A stretch of DNA of 64,000 nt from Octopus vulgaris (GCA_951406725.2 OX597814.1:60078001-60142000); one strand, 5' to 3'; shown: positions 1 through 15,265, counted from the first letter of the stretch. Program-made: numbers and translations. The notes: generated by a model not told the origin, from the sequence alone.

Positions 1-1899
1 TTGAAACGTATGAAAATTACAGTTCCTATATCATTCAAATGTAGCCTTACTCTTAATACATACACATGTATTTCATTTCATAGAGCACATAACTTCCACA
101 CTATAGTATAATTTGTGAGTTATTTACGTTTACAAGCCATATCATCTTAAAACTAGAAGTCAGATTAAAATGATTGATAGGAAACGTTAATCTGTCAAAT
201 GACTCCAGAAAGACGACATAAAAGGAATAAAAACAGACATACCTCTAATTGGGTGTATGTTGACAAAAAAACTGCATCTACATGTAATTAAAGAAAGCCC
301 TCGGGGTGAGAATTAAACAAACTAAACATAAATAGTAAAACTGTTTTGCATTCCGAGTGACGTATGAAGTGTAAGTTAAAGAAGTTGATGAAGAAATATT
401 CAGATACTAGGAGTTCAGATAGTGAAAGTGAAACTAATCCACAACTGCTTTTAAGAACAGAGATCGTATCAAATATACTTATGAATTTATGTTGTGCTTT
501 ACATCAACGTTCCAAAAGAGATCGAACGTTATATAATGTTAAGGGGAAAAAGTAGAAGTTCGTATCACAGTTTCAAAATTATTACTATTTAATACTCTTG
601 TCGATGTCTTACCAAATGCTGCATCTTCGACATGGCTTGTATGACACTACTGACAAATATGTTTATTTTCTCCAAGCGTACACAAGTTTTACATGAATTC
701 CTAGATTAAAACAGATGTCTTTATTGCAAATGAGATAATTCCAAATAGAAAAAACTGGCTTTGTGTTTTCAGCGACATTTACTGTATGTTTGACTGAGTG
801 ATTGCTTTCTTTATTGCGCACAAATAAGAGGATGATACAAGAACTTAAAATGCCGTTTACATTTAAGCGGAAATGGTGTAGCTACCATACTGTTTTAAAC
901 TCAGCAGGTAACTTGGTGTTCTAGCCTAGCTCGGGCGCCTGCTTTTGTACGATAAATAATACTCCTTTATTATTGCTATACCGATAATTATTATACTATT
1001 GGTAGTTTTGTTGCATTTCCAATAAATGCTATCTTGTATTTCTGTGATTTTATGATCTGTCTTCACCTTCTTCACCTTATATGAAATGTTGATTGATACT
1101 TCTACAATAATAAATGCGAACTTCTGTCTGTCTGAGACTCCTTAGTCTATATTTGCTCTACATAAACATATTATACATTTTTAGAGTCAGGATGTTCTCA
1201 GGATTGGAAATCTGCCCTTTATTTGGTTCTTGAACATCCAGCATTGGGATCTGATTTTAAAGCATTTGGGTTGCTATTTCTTGCAGGTAAAGCTTGGCTG
1301 ATTCACACCATCTTGGTTGTCGTCTGTCAGATGACGTCAGAGATCAAGGGGAAGAGAAGAGACATTCGCTTCGTTAATTTTACGTCGACATAAGAACTTT
1401 GGGACAAATCGGCCAACGGAATTCAAATTGGGATTGCAACAATAGAACGATTGCATTACAGTATTAATTCTTCTCCGTCCTTAACCTCTGATAAAACATT
1501 ATAGATGTATTATAGCCATGCTCTTTAGCTCACTTAGTTTTGGGCCGTACACCCAATTAGCCTTCCGCAGGAGCTAGCTCAGAAGTCCGTACAGAGTGCA
1601 CCTTTTAAGCTAGGATAACAATAACAGTGATGTGTTGTAATTATTTCATGTTTTAATAGAGCATTGTATTTATCAATATTAAAATTTACGATGCGGTATA
1701 TCCATAGATTCTGGCCGTCACAACATTACTAACAGGTTACTGTGAGAAATGAGCACTACATACATAATGTAATTTATGTATTTATCAACTATATTCTTAG
1801 TCCGATAGAACAGTGAAATACTAATATAAACCCAGTGAGTTCAATGAATGGCACATACTTTTCAGCAAATTAGCTTGCCAAGGACGGTTAACATAATGG

Positions 1900-2270
1900 T
1901 GATGATGAGGAGCAGGAGAGGGAGGAGATGGAAAAGATAAAGAGGGACGAGAATGAAGAGAAAGAAAAGGAAGATCTTGAAGAGGAGGAGAGGAGTATGG
2001 CGATGACTACGGGGACAACGACAATGACGATGATGATGACGACGACGACGACGACGACGAGGAGGAGGAGGAGGAGGAGGAGGAGGAGGAGGTGGTGGAG
2101 GTGATGGTGGAGGAGGAAGAGGAGGTGGTGGAGGAGGAGGAAAGGGAGGAGGTTGAGGATGAGGAAGAAAAGGAAGACGAGGAGGACGGAGGGGAAGAGG
2201 AGGATGAAAGGGAGGAAGACGAGGAGGAGGAAGACGAATAAGAGGACAATAGCTACAACGATGGTGATGT
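1900..2270. repeat. Purine-rich trinucleotide low-complexity tract (GAG/GAC/GAT/GAA)
   Basis: Runs of gatgatgat, gacgacgac and gaggaggag; explains the poly-Ser and poly-Leu ORFs on the minus strand. Confidence 0.9.
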
Positions 2271-2639
2271 AATTAGTGATTATGAAGCTGTAATCTACTA
2301 ATAAAATCCGAAGAAACAAAAAGGTAATCATATTAATAGAAGGGTGTTCGATATTTGATATTTTCAAATATGTATTTCAGACAACACCAATGTCTCTCAT
2401 TTTATACTACCTTCGAGTATTTTAGTTTTCTTATGTAATTTTCTATTTATGAAATGGTATTGCATAGTTGCAATAGACGGAATGAGAAAATTCATCTTCA
2501 CCTGTCTAACAGTCACAACATTTCTTAGACAACCACTGCGTTCACACTTTAAGTTCATGATATTATCCCCAAGCTGATCCTGTAGTTACACATATATAAG
2601 CATCTGTGCCTGTGTTTGTCTGTGTGATTTGTCACTGTG

Positions 2640-3143
2640 TGTGTACAATAATATATGTACGTATATATATAAATATATATTACACAAACTCACAGATACA
2701 CACTTACACACTCACACACACACACATATACACTCATATATATATATACTTGAAAGTATATATATATATATTATATATATATATATACGTATATATAATC
2801 ACATAAATTATAAAGACACACAAGCATGAGAATAGAAAGTTTATGAATTTCACATAGGGAGATGGCTAGAAATAAAACATGAAAAACGGGGAAATAAAAA
2901 GAAATTATACTCATATAAGATTAAAAGAGTTGTTGGATACATTCTCTCCATCACTCTGTTTCTTTCTTTTTTTCTTTCTTTCTTTCTCTCTTTCTGTCAC
3001 TTTCCCTCCTCTCTCTCTCTCTCTCTCTCTCTCTTTCACACATATATATATATACTACATACTTATGATATAGTATTATGTATATATGTTTGTATGTATG
3101 TGTGAATATGTATATGTGTATGTATGAATATATTCACAAACAT

Positions 3144-3210
<67 letters not shown>

Positions 3211-3480
3211 GTATATATATATGTGTATATATACATATATATATATATATATGCATGCATATATATATATAGAGAGAGAGAGAGACAGAGACAGACAGAC
3301 AGACAGACATGCAGACAGATAGATAGGTAGGTAGGTAGGTAGGTATGTAGGTAGATAGATAGATAGATAGATAGATAAGTACAACATGTACGTAATGTTT
3401 GACGCGTGTACATGTTTATGTGTGTCAATATGTATATGCGTATACATATATATACGCGTGTGTATTTATTTATTTCTTTT
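2640..3480. repeat. Compound microsatellite cluster (TA, CA, CT, GATA, GGTA)
   Basis: Directly visible di- and tetranucleotide runs. Confidence 0.95.
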
Positions 3481-4077
3481 TACATGTGTCTGCATTTGAG
3501 TGGGTGTATATCGGATGTTTATATGTGTGTGCATGTGTGTGTCTATATAGATCTAAACATGAGCATATAGTTGAATATATTTCTTGAATATTGGTGAATC
3601 AAGATTTCTAGTAAAGAAATTGATTTAGCAATGTCTGGATATATCTTCTCATAAACAACACTACGCTACAAACTTGTTCTCCAATGCAACGCAAAAGGTG
3701 AAGATTTTGCAAATATCTCCTGGGGCATCTATCGATTTTCAGAATTTTAATTATGTTTTCTCTACCAGCCAGAGCAGTCTTTATGTGAGTTCGCTTAATA
3801 TCAACGAGAACCCAATTACTTCAAAACTGTATGTATAAAAATATTTCCTTAACGGGACAGTATCTCTTATTTCTAATAAAATATCCTTTTTTCAACACTA
3901 AATGCAAATATCAGGTTTCTTTGTTTCAGCTGCAATCATTTCGATTTTTATATATCCTTTTACTATTGAATGAAAGGTAAAGTTACGGCAAGGAATTTCT
4001 TCAAACTGGTTTCGATTCTCGTTGAAATTTTATAAAATTCCTGCAATAAATATAAAAATATAAACGTTAGCAAAACC

Positions 4078-4118
<41 letters not shown>

Positions 4119-4719
4119 AGAGAGAGAGAGAGAGAGAGAAAGAAGGAGAAAGAGAGAGAGAACATATATATATATATACCTGACTATTTTTAGCTTAATG
4201 TCTTTCAAAACATTAACATTTGATAATATCACTCCAGTTATTGTGTTACATTTATGTCATATAATCTACTTATATAAGATTTCCAATTTTGGGCAAATTT
4301 CTAAATCTGTAAGAGGAAAATCGTCACTTACGTTTAAAGACCTATTTATTCTTGTAGGAAAATAAAATTAGATAATATAATGTAATTCATTTTAACACCG
4401 CTCTCAAAAATTGTGATGTTTTGGTATAAGTAATTATTTTACATAATAACTGAAGTACAAACGATGTTAACTGAGATGTTACATCAAACCATTCCTTGAT
4501 TTAACATAGCGATTTCATTCTTTTTGTCGTATCGGTTAACTAATGTGTATACATTAAATACCGTCATCAGTGTCTTCCTTCTTTTTATAGCATACATCTT
4601 TTTATTTACGATATTCTCTTAAAACCTTTCATGACCAAGAGAAAATAAACTATAAACTGAATGTTTGTTAAACAGTTTCGATTTCTTTAATAGATTTCCC
4701 GCATTTCATTTAGTTAGCT

Positions 4720-5098
4720 TACTCTCTTTTACTTGTTTTAGTCACATTGACTGTGGCCATGCTGGAGCACCGCCTCTAGTCGAGCAAATCGACTAGTACT
4801 TATTCTATCGGTCTTTTTGCCGAACCGCTAAGTTACGGAGACGTAAACATACTAGCATCTGTTGTCAAGCGAATTTTTTGGGGGGGGGAGACAAACACAG
4901 ACACACAAACATATATATATATATATACATATATACGACGGGCTTCTTTAAGTTTTCATCTACCAAATCCACTCACAAGGCTTTGGTCGGCCCGAGGCTA
5001 TAGTAGAAGACACTTGCCCAAGGTGCCACGCAGTGGGACTGAACACGGAACCATGTGGTTCGTAAGCGAGCTACTTATCACACAGCCACTCCTACGCT
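4720..5098 (-). mobile_element. tRNA-derived SINE family A, near full length
   Basis: Reverse complement matches 16271-16676: head ggagtggctgtgtg...cttgggcaagtgtcttctactatagcc, internal (TA)/(TG) tract, tail gactaaaacaagtaaaagagagt. Confidence 0.9.
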
Positions 5099-6454
5099 TA
5101 CAAAAATTCCTGTTAAAAACTAAAGCCAGATATGCCGCAGATTAAATCTGCAGCACGGCCTCCATACTCTTCCTAACAAGCATTTAAAACATCAAGCTAT
5201 CGAAGAAAAATATGTATTGTCGATCACTCTGAAATTAACATAAGCCAAATATCCTTCAAATCACTTACAACTGTCTTAAGTAAGCTGAAGGATATAGGTG
5301 AACAAGGTCAATCTCAATATATAAAGGGAGAAAACGGTATATTCTTTCCTCATGGGTTGATTTGACACGTGATTACAGCACACTAAAAATCAACGGACAT
5401 AACGTTATAAAAATACCACATAATTGTTGGGGTAAAGGGTATTGCCGGTTATATCCAGGTAAGGATATAACTGGTTCTTATTTCTCGATCTGGGAAAGAT
5501 AAAAAGAAAAAAAACAATATTTGTCGGATTCGAATTCGGAACACATAGCAAGGCAACAAATACAAAGCAACGTCGTCATCGAACCGCATCTGTCTTTCAA
5601 AAAGGTTACGTAATATCATCACACAATCTAATCATTAAATATATTTAATGCAAAGTTTTAAGTCGATTGATAAAAGTTAGCTCATAACATTCAACATGAA
5701 AAATATCAAGTTGTGATTTTTAAAATTTTATTGAATGTCAGATAATGTCATCTGCATTGATATTGTGTTTTAGTATGTTCAGTCGCTTAGCTGAACTCGT
5801 TATAGAATTTAGATATTTTCCTGTGTATATAAATATCTATTTTTAAATACGTCTTTATTAACTTGTTTGCATCATACACTGCTGCAAATTCCTTTATCAT
5901 TGATCATTGGCTCTCTCAGAGAATACCTGAATTATTCAGGCTCAAACTGTAGTACATTTCATTTTACTCCTGTTATCCATGTAGCCACTACACCTAAGGG
6001 AATACAGCTCTAACGACTCCAACTATGCAACAGTTTTTATTTACTATTTGCTAAACATATGCTATTTACTCTTAGTTTTGGTCTTCCTTTCAGTTATTTC
6101 ACTCGCATCTATGACAAATCGTCTCTGTTCACTTTTCCTCTTCCCTGCTCACGAATCACTGCTCTGCTATCGTTCGTGAGGATAGTAGTTAGGACATTGT
6201 TCAATGAAATTCTATAGATACTTCATTCCATGACAACTAATAGAGCGAATATTGCCCAACAATCTGTTTCAATGCATCAAGTTTGAAAGAAAGTCACGTC
6301 ACATAATTGACATCATCACCTTGAGAGTACATTTTCAATATTTACGGTAAAATAAGCATTAACTTTTACATTCTAATGTTTATTTTTATTTTTCATGCAG
6401 GTTACTTTATATCATAACGGTTAAATTGCTATCGATTTTACACTTGTAAAATAA

Positions 6455-6970
6455 ATTCCGGTCAGGCTTATATCAGACACTGCATACTGTATGCAGGGTT
6501 CTTCAATGGATGTGACAAGGAATATCCGTTCTATCTAAGAAAACGAAGCACAAAGTGTTTGGACGTGCCAACAACGGTTAGCGCAACTCCGCTCAGAATG
6601 TTTTCCTCTTAGATTCCTTATGATCTGGAGTATCAACGTCTGTTCATATTGAGATTCTGAAAATTCCAAAACAACATGCTCGAGTATTTGCAAAACGGTT
6701 AAATTTAAATCACAATTTCGGTTGTAAACATTCATAAACAAAGAAATGTGTCCACACTTGGTCAGCGGGTCCCTCGTCATCAGACTGTTTCTTAGCTTAA
6801 GTAAGAATTGCCCTCTGCTTGTCGTTAAAGAGTAGACTTACTACATGAATAGAACCATCGCAAGTGATGAAAAGTGGATTCTCTATAAGCACGTCCAACG
6901 AAAACTACATTGAAGACTATAAAAGGAGGCTTCATCCTTGAAAACAGTTATGTTCTATATATAATGATGA
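6455..6970 (+). mobile_element. Decayed mariner-type (Tc1/mariner) transposase fragment
   Basis: Broken frames give YIRHCILY (HTH start), LGQRVP (WVPH-like), NRTIASDEKWILYKHVQRK (DEKW motif) and LHP..VM; stops and frameshifts throughout. Confidence 0.75.
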
Positions 6971-7087
6971 GAATGGAGATTACTAGGACTACATTTCATA
7001 TGTGATCTTTCCTTATAAAAATGTGGTCATTGAGGTATATTCGATATTCAATTTAAACCAATGTAAATTGTTTCCTATAGGGTAAAA

Positions 7088-7475
7088 GTGGAGGCACAAT
7101 GGCCCAGTGGTTAGGGCAGCGGACTCGCGGTCATAGGATCGCGGTTTCGATTCCCAGACCGGGCGTTGTGAGTGTTTATTGAGCGAAAACACCTAAAGCT
7201 CCACGAGGCTCCGGCAGGGGATGGTGGTGATCTCTGCTGTACTCTTTCACCACAACTTTCTCTCACTCTTACTTCCTGTTTCTGTTGTACCTGTATTTCA
7301 AAGGGCCGGCCTTGTCACTCTCTGTGTCACGCTGAATATCCCCGAGAACTACGTTAAGGGTACACGTGTCTGTGGAGTGCTCAGCCACTTACACGTTAAT
7401 TTCACGAGCAGACTGTTCCGTTGATTCGGATCAACCGGAACCCTCGACGTCGTAACCGACGGAGAGCTTCCATCC
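7088..7475 (+). mobile_element. tRNA-derived SINE family B, full length with 11-bp TSD
   Basis: A box TGGCCCAGTGG, B box GTTTCGATTCC; ATAGGGTAAAA duplicated at 7077-7087 and 7476-7486; second copy at 11879. Confidence 0.92.
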
Positions 7476-7672
7476 ATAGGGTAAAAATTAGCACTGAGAG
7501 ATTTCCGGTTGACTGCATGCTGTGTAGAAAGGTTTAAACAATGCATTTAAAGCTATAATCAAGGTAGAACATATTTGAGATGAAAAACACATAGACCACA
7601 TCATTAACTTACGCACAGATGCATATAAAATGTATGCTTTATGCATATATATATATACATACACACACATAA

Positions 7673-7721
<49 letters not shown>

Positions 7722-7824
7722 CAGACAGACATATATGTATGAGTGTATGTGTGTGTCTGCATGCATGCATGTATCTATGTATATATATATATGCATGTCT
7801 ATGTACGTATATATGTATGTGTGT

Positions 7825-7866
<42 letters not shown>

Positions 7867-7879
7867 GGGGGGTATGACG

Positions 7880-8395
7880 TTCCTTATCTTTGAAGTGGAT
7901 CCGATTACCATGAATACCGACTTCAGTCTTCTGGGGTCCTGCGGTTGCTAATTGGACCAGTATTGGCATAAAGTCCCCGACTAGAGTGACATCACGTAAT
8001 ATCAGAATCTGGACTGCTTTCTGTGCAACGCCCCTCCGTATAGCTTCTCTAATCATTTCTCATTCTGTTTCCTGCCCCACAAGCTACATGACTCTAGGTG
8101 AAAATGAGTGATTTTCACAAAAACGTTCCTGATAGACTGCTTTAAGTTACACTTTTTCAAGGTAATTCTGCATCTCCTCGTTCGTCTGACCATTTGACCG
8201 AGTGCCAATTGGTAGTTCACCAAAGAAAATCTGGTGAGGGATTGTAGATTCGATGATGCACGCTACATGTTCAGTCCATCACAGATGAATTTTCCTAAAT
8301 GCTTGATAATTTAGATCTCTCAAACACAACAGAAGCGGGAATTTTTATCATGCAACATGGTATTGAGAATTTTTCGCGCACATATTAGCTGTGTG
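7880..8395 (-). mobile_element. Decayed RTE-clade LINE, C-terminal ORF fragment
   Basis: Minus-strand translation [28 protein letters not shown] and HL*WTEHVACIIESTIPHQIFFGELPIGTRSNG resembles the RTE motif CLRKIL..WQDK / RLRW.GHV.RM...P.Q..YGEL..G.R. Confidence 0.7.
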
Positions 8396-8414
8396 TGCGG
8401 TGTGTGTTTGTATA

Positions 8415-8990
<576 letters not shown>

Positions 8991-9001
8991 ATATACATAC
9001 A

Positions 9002-9112
<111 letters not shown>

Positions 9113-9129
9113 ATATACATTCATACACA

Positions 9130-9330
9130 CTAAGGAAGCCAAAACGCATTTAGGCCATCACGCCTGGGTGTCCTTCTGCGGACACTTTATAGCCATTTGT
9201 ATATCGGAATCTTGTACATTTGAACCACCTGGAGATTTCATCTAGTGGTAATTCCTCTCCTTTCAAACTTATACTTAAAGAAGAAACAATGTTGGTTGTC
9301 ATGCCAGCGGTGAAACGACAACGTTATCAC
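9130..9330 (-). mobile_element. Probable further RTE LINE fragment (post-RT region)
   Basis: Minus strand gives ISLKGEELPLDE and later a FG.L-like motif, collinear with the 7880-8395 piece; weak similarity. Confidence 0.35.
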
Positions 9331-9399
9331 AATGATCCACAGAGAGTTAAGTCCCTTAGCGTCAAAACTCTAAAATATTGCCTCCCAATGCTATAGAGG

Positions 9400-11750
9400 T
9401 CGTATTTGCTCCTCAACGAAATCTGTCAGGAACAACTCTCCTCTCTTTCTGATATTGCCTTTAGGGCTTTGGTTCTATTGTTCCCATAGAATGAGTGTCG
9501 TTTCGTTAGATCGGAAGCAGATTTGGCCATAAAAGCTCTGTTTCCAACCTCTATGGCGAAAATACTGACCTGGAAGTTTCCTTCCCTAGGCTGTTAACCA
9601 GACCGGCTAATTTTTCGGTCTTGAATACGTGCTTCTATTGAGTCCAATCAAAATTCTTTGGTGAACTGGAACGTAGTATGATATCCGGCCTCAAGCTACT
9701 CTCCCAGATGATTTCTGATTGTTTTATTGATCCTGGGAGATCTGCGGAGCATTACAATCATCCGCACCACCCAGAACATTCCATTCCCGTGCCCTGCCTG
9801 GCATAGCAGTTCCTGGCCTCAAGCATGTGTATCTTCCTTAGGCTAGAGCAACTCTGCAGGAGCTTAGAACGTGCTCCATTCCCTGCCAACTCCAGCAGAG
9901 TGGGGACTCAGGATGACCTCTATTGCCAAAGCAAACAGTATGGGGGAACTTGCACAGTACATTGCGATGTCCCCTTCCTTCTAAACTGACATATCCAAGT
10001 GCTTATTCTCGATTAGATATTTAGTTCGCCTTACTGCTAAAATAGAAGATTTTTTCCTTTAACCTTCAGAAGTAAAATTGGTTTAAATCGGCTGATGTCG
10101 CTTTAGTTCTGCACTTTTTGAATGTATACTCCTTAAGCTCTTATCTTTTGGTTTCTGATCCTCAAGTTCTTCCATGATGACCTTATCAATTTGTGGACCC
10201 ACTCAAAGACACTAGGACATTGCTTGTACAGCATGTAAAGCATTCCATTTAGCCTTGGTATTGATTTGGCTTTGGCTTTCGTGACCACTTTCCTTACTTC
10301 ACCCAGTGTTGGTGTCCTGTTATCGAACAATACTCCTAACAGAGCAATACACGCCAGACCTTGGATTGCAAGTGACGTTTCATTCTGTCAGTCTGAATAT
10401 ATGTTTCCTTAAGATGTTGCTCGTGAGCTTCTTCGTTTATTTTGAGTGTAACATATTTTAGCTGTTTGAATAGTTTCCTAGTGAATTAGAGGCATTTTTA
10501 AAGAAGGAATCCCGTATCTTTTCGTTACTGCTTCTGCTTCCTTGCAGCTTCTGACTTGCACATGTCACTCTATCTCCCTTTGAGTTTTATTCGGAGCTTT
10601 TCTAATCCCTGTTTCATAAATGCTGAGGTAACTTTCATTTGTTTCTTTAGATCCCTGTTCTCCCTCCAGATGTTATCCATCTCTCACTAACTTTGAATTT
10701 CTGGGGAAGTGACTTCACTTCTGCCACTCTTATCTCACAGCTGCCTCTGCAGATTGTATAAATAATATATCTTAATGTGGCTGGCTTGCGTGCCAGAGTT
10801 CTCTTTCCGATGATCACATTCAGTTTCTGGACTATTTTCCATCCGATGACTCACATCCTTCTTTCGCACTTGCCGGCGGAAAATTGAACGTACAGCATTT
10901 GGCCTCTAGAATCTGTACACTTTTCTTGTCTGAATCAACAGCGTGGATGTCTTTGGCACTGTAGTTTGACTCATGGCCTTGGTTTTCCGATGTTTTATAT
11001 AAAAGACTCATTTAAAAGACTATTTGCACATCCCTTTTTCGAGCCGTGCATCTTCATACTGAGCACAGTGGAAAATCTCCTTTCACATACACGTGAAATT
11101 CCGTTTGCTCTATGCACGTAGTCTCAGGAAGATTCTTAAGTCATAATGATTATTTTACCACTGGATTCATCATTCTTTTCCCATTTTCGGTGAATCCTGG
11201 GAGCATCATTCATTGCCGGAATTTGTAGCCTTAAAATAATAGCGTCAAAGCGGGAAGGTAGTACTTAGTACCAGTGTATCTAGTCTTTCCTTTTGTCATT
11301 TGTTGTAAAGCGGTCTTTTAACACTGTTTTATCTGTCTTTTGACAACGGTTGTCGCTCTGACAAATATTGTTGTATTCCGAAGTCGTCGATACAATGGTT
11401 CTATCTGGCACTGTACGACACCCACTCGTACAGTGTTATTATCCTCGAAGTTTGGATCGTTAAAGCGTCCACTCAGTATCACAGTGTAATTACTATATCA
11501 GCACTGACACGAGTATCAACACAGACTACGCGTAGTCTAAACCTTCTTGACCTTCTTCCTGTCAACCGGCTACTGGTCTATTTATAATACTGGCTACTAC
11601 CACTTTTCACCGGAATGGATGTAGAGTTTCACTATACAACATCATCCGAAATTTCCCGGACGTCCCCCACCCTGTTTCCAGACGTAAGTGGTCTAGCCAT
11701 GTATCAATGGTAAGGAACTCTCAAGAGAGCTGTACAGCAGAAGGTATTTA
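9400..11750 (-). mobile_element. Decayed, internally deleted R2-group non-LTR retrotransposon (HERO-like; zinc finger, RT, CCHC, restriction-like endonuclease)
   Basis: Minus strand: CVCERRFSTVLSMKMH (zinc finger, ~11040-11100); PTLGEVRKVVTKAKAKSIPRLNGMLYMLYKQCP; GVYIQK..SDISRFKPILLL; IAMYCASSPILFALAIEVIL; EHVLSSCRVAL..GRYT; SLRPDIIL; FAIEVGNRAF. The 5' boundary is approximate. Confidence 0.8.
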
Positions 11751-11878
11751 AAGTAAGTTGATTAATACACAAAGATTTTGATCTTTAATTACAACAATAC
11801 ACTGTCTATAGATAAACAGCGTGACTGCCGAGGAGACAACACGGTCATCTACAAAATACATGGATGATAGTTGGTGTA

Positions 11879-12236
11879 TGGAGGTGCAATGGCCCAGTGG
11901 TTAGGGCAGCGGACTCGCGGTCGCAGGATCGATGCCCAGACCAGGCGATGTGAGTGTTTATTGAACGAAAATACCCAAAGCTCCACGAGACTCGGGCATC
12001 TAGGGCGGGAACGAACCATGCTGTACTCTTTCTGCTCAACTTTCTCTCTTTTTCTTCCTCTTTCTATTGTACCTGTATTTCAAACGGCCAGCCTTGTCAC
12101 ACTCTGTGTCACGCTGAATCTTCACGAGAACTACCTTAAGGGTACACGTGTCTGTGGAGAGCTCAGCCACTTGCACAGGCTGTTCCGTTGATCGGAACAA
12201 CTGCAACCCTCGTCGTCGTAACAGACATAGTGCCAC
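11879..12236 (+). mobile_element. SINE family B copy
   Basis: Collinear with 7088-7475 (tggcccagtggttagggcagcggactcgcggtc...ttaagggtacacgtgtctgtggag). Confidence 0.9.
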
Positions 12237-12246
12237 GATATATATA

Positions 12247-12602
12247 GGCGCAAAAGTGGCTCTGTGGTAAGTAGCGTGCTTACCAACCACATGGTTCTGG
12301 GTTTAGACCCACTGCGTGGCACCTTGGGCGGGTGTCTTCTTCTATAGCCTCGGACCGAACAAATACTTGTGAGTGGATTTGGTAGACGGAAATTGAAAGT
12401 AGCTCGTGGCATATATATTTATATGTGTGTGTGTGTATGTGTGTGTGTATGTGTGTGTATCTGTATGTATGTATATATATATATATATATATATATAGGC
12501 GCTGTATGATAAGAAACTTTCCTCGCAACAACATGTCAACTTGGGAAAGTGGCTTCTACTATAGCCTCGAGCCGAGAAAAGAGACTAAACGAAACATTTC
12601 GT

Positions 12603-12636
<34 letters not shown>

Positions 12637-12850
12637 GTGTGTGTATGTGTATTTGTGTGTCTGTGTTTGTCCGCTCACCATCGCTGAACAACTGATGGTG
12701 ATGTCTTTAGTCCCTGTAACTTAATGGTTTGGCAGGGAGTGATAAAATTACTACTACGCTTACAAAGTATATTTCCTGGGGTCGGTTTCTTCGACTAAAG
12801 GCGGCACTCCAACATGGCGGCAGTCAAATGACTGAAACAAGTAAAAGAAT
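12247..12850 (+). mobile_element. SINE family A: head-only copy (12247-12410) followed by an older complete copy (12498-12850)
   Basis: Two successive head segments (..cttgggcgggtgtcttct.., ..cttgggaaagtggcttctactatagcc..) and one body ending gactgaaacaagtaaaaga. Confidence 0.8.
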
Positions 12851-12868
12851 ATACACACGCACACATAC

Positions 12869-12930
<62 letters not shown>

Positions 12931-13102
12931 ATACGTATGTATGTATGTATGTATACACTATATCCTTCTGTTTTATTTCAAGATTTCTTGGCAATAAAGA
13001 AAGAGCTAACCTAGATCCATCGCTCCTTCGTTGGAATTTCAACAGCAACAAAGTATTTGTGCATGTATGTGTGTATATTTGCAATATTTAAAGTCAATGT
13101 AA

Positions 13103-13135
<33 letters not shown>

Positions 13136-14996
13136 TGTATGTATGTATGTATGTATGTATGTATGGAAGGATGGATAAATGGATGGATGGATGGATGGAT
13201 GGATGGATGAGTGTGTGTGCATGAATATATTGTGGCTGAAAGCCCCTCTGAAATATTGTTGTGAATTATACGTGGGACAGTGATTTAGTTTTCGTATAAA
13301 TTAACACATGTATGACAAATTCATAAATTACATAAATTATAGGTTGGAGAAAAATTGTGTTGAATGATAAAATGAATAGGCAAATGAATTGTAAAGAATA
13401 TAAGTTGCTTAAATAGCTACGAATAAAGCATACATATGTTGCAAAACTTTCGAATTTAACACAATTCGCCTATTGCCAAGTTTTGTGTTAACTAAACAAG
13501 ACGTCGATTGCAAGTGCTGTACTTTAAAATTATACATAAAATATAAGCAATTCTTTTAGTAGAAAATTTCAGTGTTAAAAAGACTAATGCGATTCTATAT
13601 TTATGGCTCATTCACAAGTGGTTCAGCATGGAAAGTTACTGCAGTATATTTTGCTCAATAAATGTATATTATTAAAAGCAACGGATCTTCGTCGTAAACC
13701 ATAAATATTTCTCGGTTATTGGTATAATTCTTCTTACATAATCAAATCGATGGTAATACATAAGATTGTAGTTTTCATATTTTAACTTCATTGACCTTTT
13801 CTGGCGACGATGTGCTGCTCATTCTGAAAGAGCCAGTGCCAAAGGTTTACAAATTCTTGATATCTAACATTTAGAAAATTCATATTCCATAATATTGTCA
13901 AGTTGTTGAAAACATAACTAATTGGATATTTTTAGGTATTCGCTTTGGATATTGCATTAAAAATTTAATCTTATTTATTCATTTCATTGAAGCAGTCCTA
14001 TGTATCTCTGTACCAAGCGAACATGCATTAATTACTTGTCTTTGTAATCTATAAACATGACCATCTGTGTTAACTATAATCCTCCCGGCGGGAGGCTGAG
14101 TTAGTAATAATTCCCCTTTGTTTATAAATATTTCACAAAATGTCTTAGTTTTTAATATATTTAATTCACGTTTCAGATCCTATTGAGAATTTATTGGTTA
14201 TTTTTAATATAGTTTCTATGTGTGAACGTGTGCTAATATTTATAGTAAATATATGGCCGACTTGTTAAGAAAATTCCTTCACAATTCTCTGGTTCGGAAA
14301 CCAGTTCCACTACGCAACTCAATGAACAACCATACTCTACCATAAACTTGAGTCAATAAAGACTTGCGTATGAAATTGTAGACTTTGGTTGAACCGACAT
14401 CCTTAAAGGTTCTTGAGAATTTGCACATACGCTCGTCCTATAACGATGCTCAATCCTTTTTTTTAATGTTTTTTTTTTTTTAACATTGATATTAGGAACA
14501 ATAAAATTCTCCAATGTATCGTCAGTGTCTTTAGACATACACCATTTCGTTATTTTGTGGAACTAATCATGGAGCATATCGCGAACGATTTATAGTGTGC
14601 ATAGTTAACATTATTGATACTGGTATTATTGCTCAAATTTGAATGTATTAACGTTGGATTTATAGTCATTATTAAATGAGATTCATTCTGCTAGCTTTAT
14701 ATTTTCATTTGTAATTAGTTTACATCCTTGGCATGTTTATATTTGAAAACAACACATACTGAGTCGATGTGCACGAATGAAAAGCATATATATTAACATC
14801 TTACTGACGACATATAAGTCTCAAAAAATCAAAAATATATCAACAGTAATGTTTACACCAATCATGCACATCCTGCCTCCTGAGGAGGGAGCGGCACGTT
14901 CGAATATCATTACATCTTTACGGTGGAAGTCAACACAGACTGATGACAGGTATCGGTAATTTACTGTGCAAAGCAAAAAGCAACGATTTCATACGA

Positions 14997-15038
<42 letters not shown>

Positions 15039-15079
15039 ATGTGCGCGTGTGCGTGTGTGTGTGTGTGTGCGTGCGTGCG

Positions 15080-15110
<31 letters not shown>

Positions 15111-15265
15111 TGATATAAATAGTTAGGCGAAATGTAATATAACAACGGAAAATTGTGACAAGGCACCTACATTGTTAGAAATAAGAGCTAGAAACTATTC
15201 ATGCTCTAAGAAGAGCGCAATATATATAACGACATGGGATACAATTGCCCCATGACCGTCTCTAG

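Noticed and set aside
364-600. 63-aa ORF resembling a hAT transposase C-terminal region
   Set aside because: Only compositional resemblance; no diagnostic motif
1888-2367. 159-aa hydrophobic and 80-aa poly-Ser ORFs
   Set aside because: Translations of a trinucleotide repeat; no domain or splice support
7088-7165. tRNA gene
   Set aside because: A/B boxes are present but followed by a SINE body and enclosed by a TSD; it is a SINE head
14878-14980. CTGAGGA...GAAT and CTGATGA motifs as hammerheads
   Set aside because: No correctly placed GAAA...UH and no helix I partner
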